A program made the position numbers and the translations under genes. DNA of 64,000 nucleotides from Chara braunii. Lineage: Eukaryota; Plantae; Charophyceae. Positions 60,579 through 64,000 of the stretch are shown one piece after another. The DNA lies in contig BFEA01000003.1 in the NCBI GenBank assembly GCA_003427395.1, positions 3,940,440-4,004,439 of the forward strand, written 5' to 3'. Each line of letters begins with the position of its first letter. Positions within the stretch are counted from its first letter, which is position 1. The notes beneath the pieces were generated by a model, which was not told where the DNA came from, did no database searches, and saw only the letters and a list, made by a program, of their open reading frames with translations.

Positions 60579-62554
60579 GAGCTAAAAGCCTGGGAATAAG
60601 ATGCCCCCATCTTGGGCGGTATCTTTTGCGTAACCTTGGCATTTTGGCACTTGTACTGCGAATGTCCGTACTCCCCGCAGTTGATACAAGCGCCACGCAC
60701 TCGGCGGTCACGCCACACGTCTTGATCAAGACATGCCTTCACCCAATCAGCATGCTTAGTCTGATTGGAGGCGGCCTTCCCTTGACTCATTGGTTGGCCC
60801 TTCCCTCAGCCACCTGCCTTAGCCTTTACAACTGCGGCGAGGGTGCTACACTCAGCGGTCTCCTCGTCGTCGTACTCTGAGTAGTCCATCAGGTCAGTGA
60901 GCTCGTCAATCTCTGTTTCAGTCTCATCGGACTCAACCATCATCAACTTAGCCCCCTTCTTCTTCCACTCTTGATGACTCTTCTTCTTCTTCGTGTCAGT
61001 CTGGGAGGTTGGTTGAGCATTGCCTAGCGTGGTCTCCAAATCTAAGGCTTTCCTAGACAGTGTCTCAAACAAATGGTACTTAGTGCGTGCCTCGCTGGCC
61101 AGCAAGTTCCTGATATTCTCTGGTTAACATTTAACAAACGTAGTTAACAGGAACTGGTCACTGTGGTTGATGCCTGGGACGAGGATCGGGCTCTCAACGG
61201 TAGTCGTAAGCTCTCTAACTGACTTAAATTTTCATTGGTCTAACTTGTTAACCGCATCAGTGGCCCTTTGTGCCTCCTGTGGATTATGCCATCGAGCTTC
61301 TACCATTTCCATGAACTGGTCTAACGTTAGAGACTTAGCCCAGTCCGCCATGCGTCTCCCATACCCGACCTTTACAACTACCCCATCTAGCCACTTGGTT
61401 GTCTTACCCTCGAGGTAAGATGCAGCGGCAACCACTTCGTCCTCTAGCAAGGTCCTTTTGACCTTTACCCAAACCGGGACTGTCCTCAACCATGTGTTGA
61501 GTTCTTCGTCCTTCCTCTCGCCTGAGAAGGCAAGAGGTGGTTTCATTGGGGTCTTGGGGTACCATTGACCCTTCTGTTGTCCCTGTTGAGGAACAGGTTG
61601 TTGCGGTGGTGTAGCTCCCACCGCAGGACACGAAGAAGAAGATGCAACAGTTTGTGCGGTTGCTGCAGACGTACCATTGACCCTGCTACTGTCCCTGTTG
61701 AGGAACAGGTTGTTGCGGTGGTGTAGCTCCCACCGCTGGACACGAAGAAGAAGATGCAACAGTTTGTGCAGTTGCTGCAGACGTACCACTTTGATGTGTG
61801 CCAGCTTGAACTCGAAAGGGGCCTTACATCGTCGATAGCGGCAACGGCGATTGTGCTGGTGGTTGGAATCCTGGCCTTGTAAAAACATCGAGGATCTGGT
61901 CTAGAGTGCTTTGCATGAAGTCTAATCTGTTGTCCACATGCGCATGCAGCGACATCATATTCTTCTTCAGCATTTTCTTTTGGTCATTCATTGATGACTT
62001 ATCCAAACCCTCTAACTCAGCCTCTAACGTTTCAAGCCTGACTGCATTAACCGCTTCTCTAACCGGTTCTCCCACCTGGCTTCTCTACTTGTCATTGCTT
62101 TTTCTCTATCGGACACTTCTTTCAGGTCCTTCTCTAACTTCTGGCGGAGCCTCTCGACCTGTTGGATCTCCCTGAGCTCCCTCTCACGTGGGGTCAGCGG
62201 GCTGAACTGCGAGCCCGCCATTTGACTAGAAGATTGTAGAGAACCCATCGAACTGGAAGTGCCCATGCGACTTGTTAGCATTCCCAAGTCAGTCTCATTT
62301 GTCCCAAACAAAGCCACAGAGGATGGTGCTGAGCTAGTCATGGCTGCTGCCCTAGCTGCTGTGGCAGCCTGTTCCCTAGCTGCGACGTTTGCTGTTGCCC
62401 TAGCTGCTGCTAGTGCACGGGCTCTACGTTCGGCTAGAAACCATCTTTCGTCTCCCGGTTGTAGGGCCTGGAACACGTGCGGTACCCTTAGTGTCTCTGC
62501 ACGTGTTAGTCTCCTATTGTCAGCTCTATCATCAACAGGGTCTGACCCACTCAT
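60557..62554 (-). pseudogene. gag: chromovirus gag
   Basis: PLAFSGE...LNTWL...AASYLEGK..KW capsid-like segment and knuckle CINCGEYGHSQYKC. A 112-bp tandem duplication lies at ~61559-61787. Confidence 0.85.
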
Positions 62555-63937
62555 CAGTTAGGCAGATAGTATCTGCACTAGAATCCCCTAGTGGAATCCT
62601 ACCACAGCATGTATCTGACCGACACCTAATTTTCTAAAAATAGTTGTGTCCGACAAGTCCCCTACTGTACCGATCAAGTGGCATGACTACAACATTTACA
62701 CAGATCGTCTACGTAGTCTAGATGCACTCTGATTGGTTCACTTACAGCAGCATTAGACAGAACTGGCTATGGTAGCATACAACAGTCTTAATCTAATCTG
62801 TCTGTGAGGTTAGCAGTCCGTTCACCAATTAATCAAAAGTACAAAAGACCATGTAGCAGATGTATGATGAGTGGGTATGGTTGTGTATTCAGTTGAGCAC
62901 CAATAAGAACCTACCCTCCCCTCAATCCAACATACCGAACAGCATCATTGAGCGAGCAGTGTCTTCGTGTGTGTATCGTCCCACCCCTGTGCCCAAGTCA
63001 GAGTCGAGCAAGCCAGCCAGTCCACTCTTATTTACCCTCGTACAGAACGAGCCTTACACCCAGATGATCTGGCTGATCAGGAGGAACTTATAAAGCACCC
63101 CCATCTCTTCAGGAATTCTTTAACGTCGCAGTCAGGACGACGATCACAGCCAGAATCAATCTAAGTCCCCAACCAGAAATGTTTATAGACGGTCTGGTAA
63201 GCGTCTCATAAAAGGCTAGCACACGCGGCAAGACTTTTATTTAGCGCAGCAAGTGCCATAATGGACAGCAGCCATTGCATGCGTGACCTACTACCATTGG
63301 GTTGGCATGGTGACCGTGACCCAGTGCTTCGACCAGGGCCCTTCAGAGGCACCGCCCTTTCTCCTTCCAGATGCTTCCGGGAAGATTGTCGTCTCTCNNN
63401 NNNNNNNNNNNNNNNNNNNNNNNNNNNNNNNNNNNNNNNNNNNNNNNNNNNNNNNNNNNNNNNNNNNNNNNNNNNNNNNNNNNNNNNNNNNNNNNNNNNN
63501 NNNNNNNNNNNNNNNNNNNNNNNNNNNNNNNNNNNNNNNNNNNNNNNNNNNNNNNNNNNNNNNNNNNNNNNNNNNNNNNNNNNNNNNNNNNNNNNNNNNN
63601 NNNNNNNNNNNNNNNNNNNNNNNNNNNNNNNNNNNNNNNNNNNNNNNNNNNNNNNNNNNNNNNNNNNNNNNNNNNNNNNNNNNNNNNNNNNNNNNNNNNN
63701 NNNNNNNNNNNNNNNNNNNNNNNNNNNNNNNNNNNNNNNNNNNNNNNNNNNNNNNNNNNNNNNNNNNNNNNNNNNNNNNNNNNNNNNNNNNNNNNNNNNN
63801 NNNNNNNNNNNNNNNNNNNNNNNNNNNNNNNNNNNNNNNNNNNNNNNNNNNNNNNNNNNNNNNNNNNNNNNNNNNNNNNNNNNNNNNNNNNNNNNNNNNN
63901 NNNNNNNNNNNNNNNNNNNNNNNNNNNNNNNNNNNNN

Positions 63938-64000
63938 TAACCCAGTGTAGCTCTCTCTCCTGAATGGCGCCTGGCGCCCTATCTACTCTACAGCCTAATC
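63938..64000 (-). repeat. part of chromovirus 5' LTR
   Basis: Identical to 55930-55992; the PBS and inner LTR boundary fall in the N gap. Confidence 0.85.

Larger units (their letters stand above)
55753..64000 (-). mobile_element. chromovirus-type Ty3/gypsy LTR retrotransposon (degenerate, runs off window)
   Basis: Minus-strand gag, knuckle, PR, RT, RH, IN and chromodomain. The LTR sequence at 55930 is repeated at 63938-64000. Confidence 0.95.

Overview
This is eukaryotic, repeat-dense DNA with several N gaps and no recognisable host gene. The style is most like the charophyte alga Chara, but that is an impression, not verified. Most of the window (6995-50258) is one giant Ty3/gypsy LTR retrotransposon: ~4.5-5 kb LTRs bounded by TGTCGGGCG...CGCCCGACA, a tRNA-Asp-type PBS, and a probable 4-bp TSD. 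A second, divergent giant element of the same lineage (19659-39230) is inserted in its gag, and a 522-bp MITE sits in its zinc knuckle. Each element is ~23 kb un-nested. Between PBS and gag, each carries a 5-6 kb sense-strand array of about 9-11 small, tightly abutting or overlapping ORFs of unknown function. These fall into internally duplicated families, one of which appears shared by both elements. Both elements also share an unusual layout, gag-protease then a -1 slippery site (T TTT TTA/G) then RT-RH-IN, with DNG protease and FLDD RT motifs. A degenerate chromovirus-type Ty3/gypsy element lies on the minus strand from 55753 to beyond the window end. The flanks contain tRNA-derived SINE-like heads, minisatellites, small foldback repeats and a probable decayed LINE. 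All mobile elements carry stops or frameshifts.
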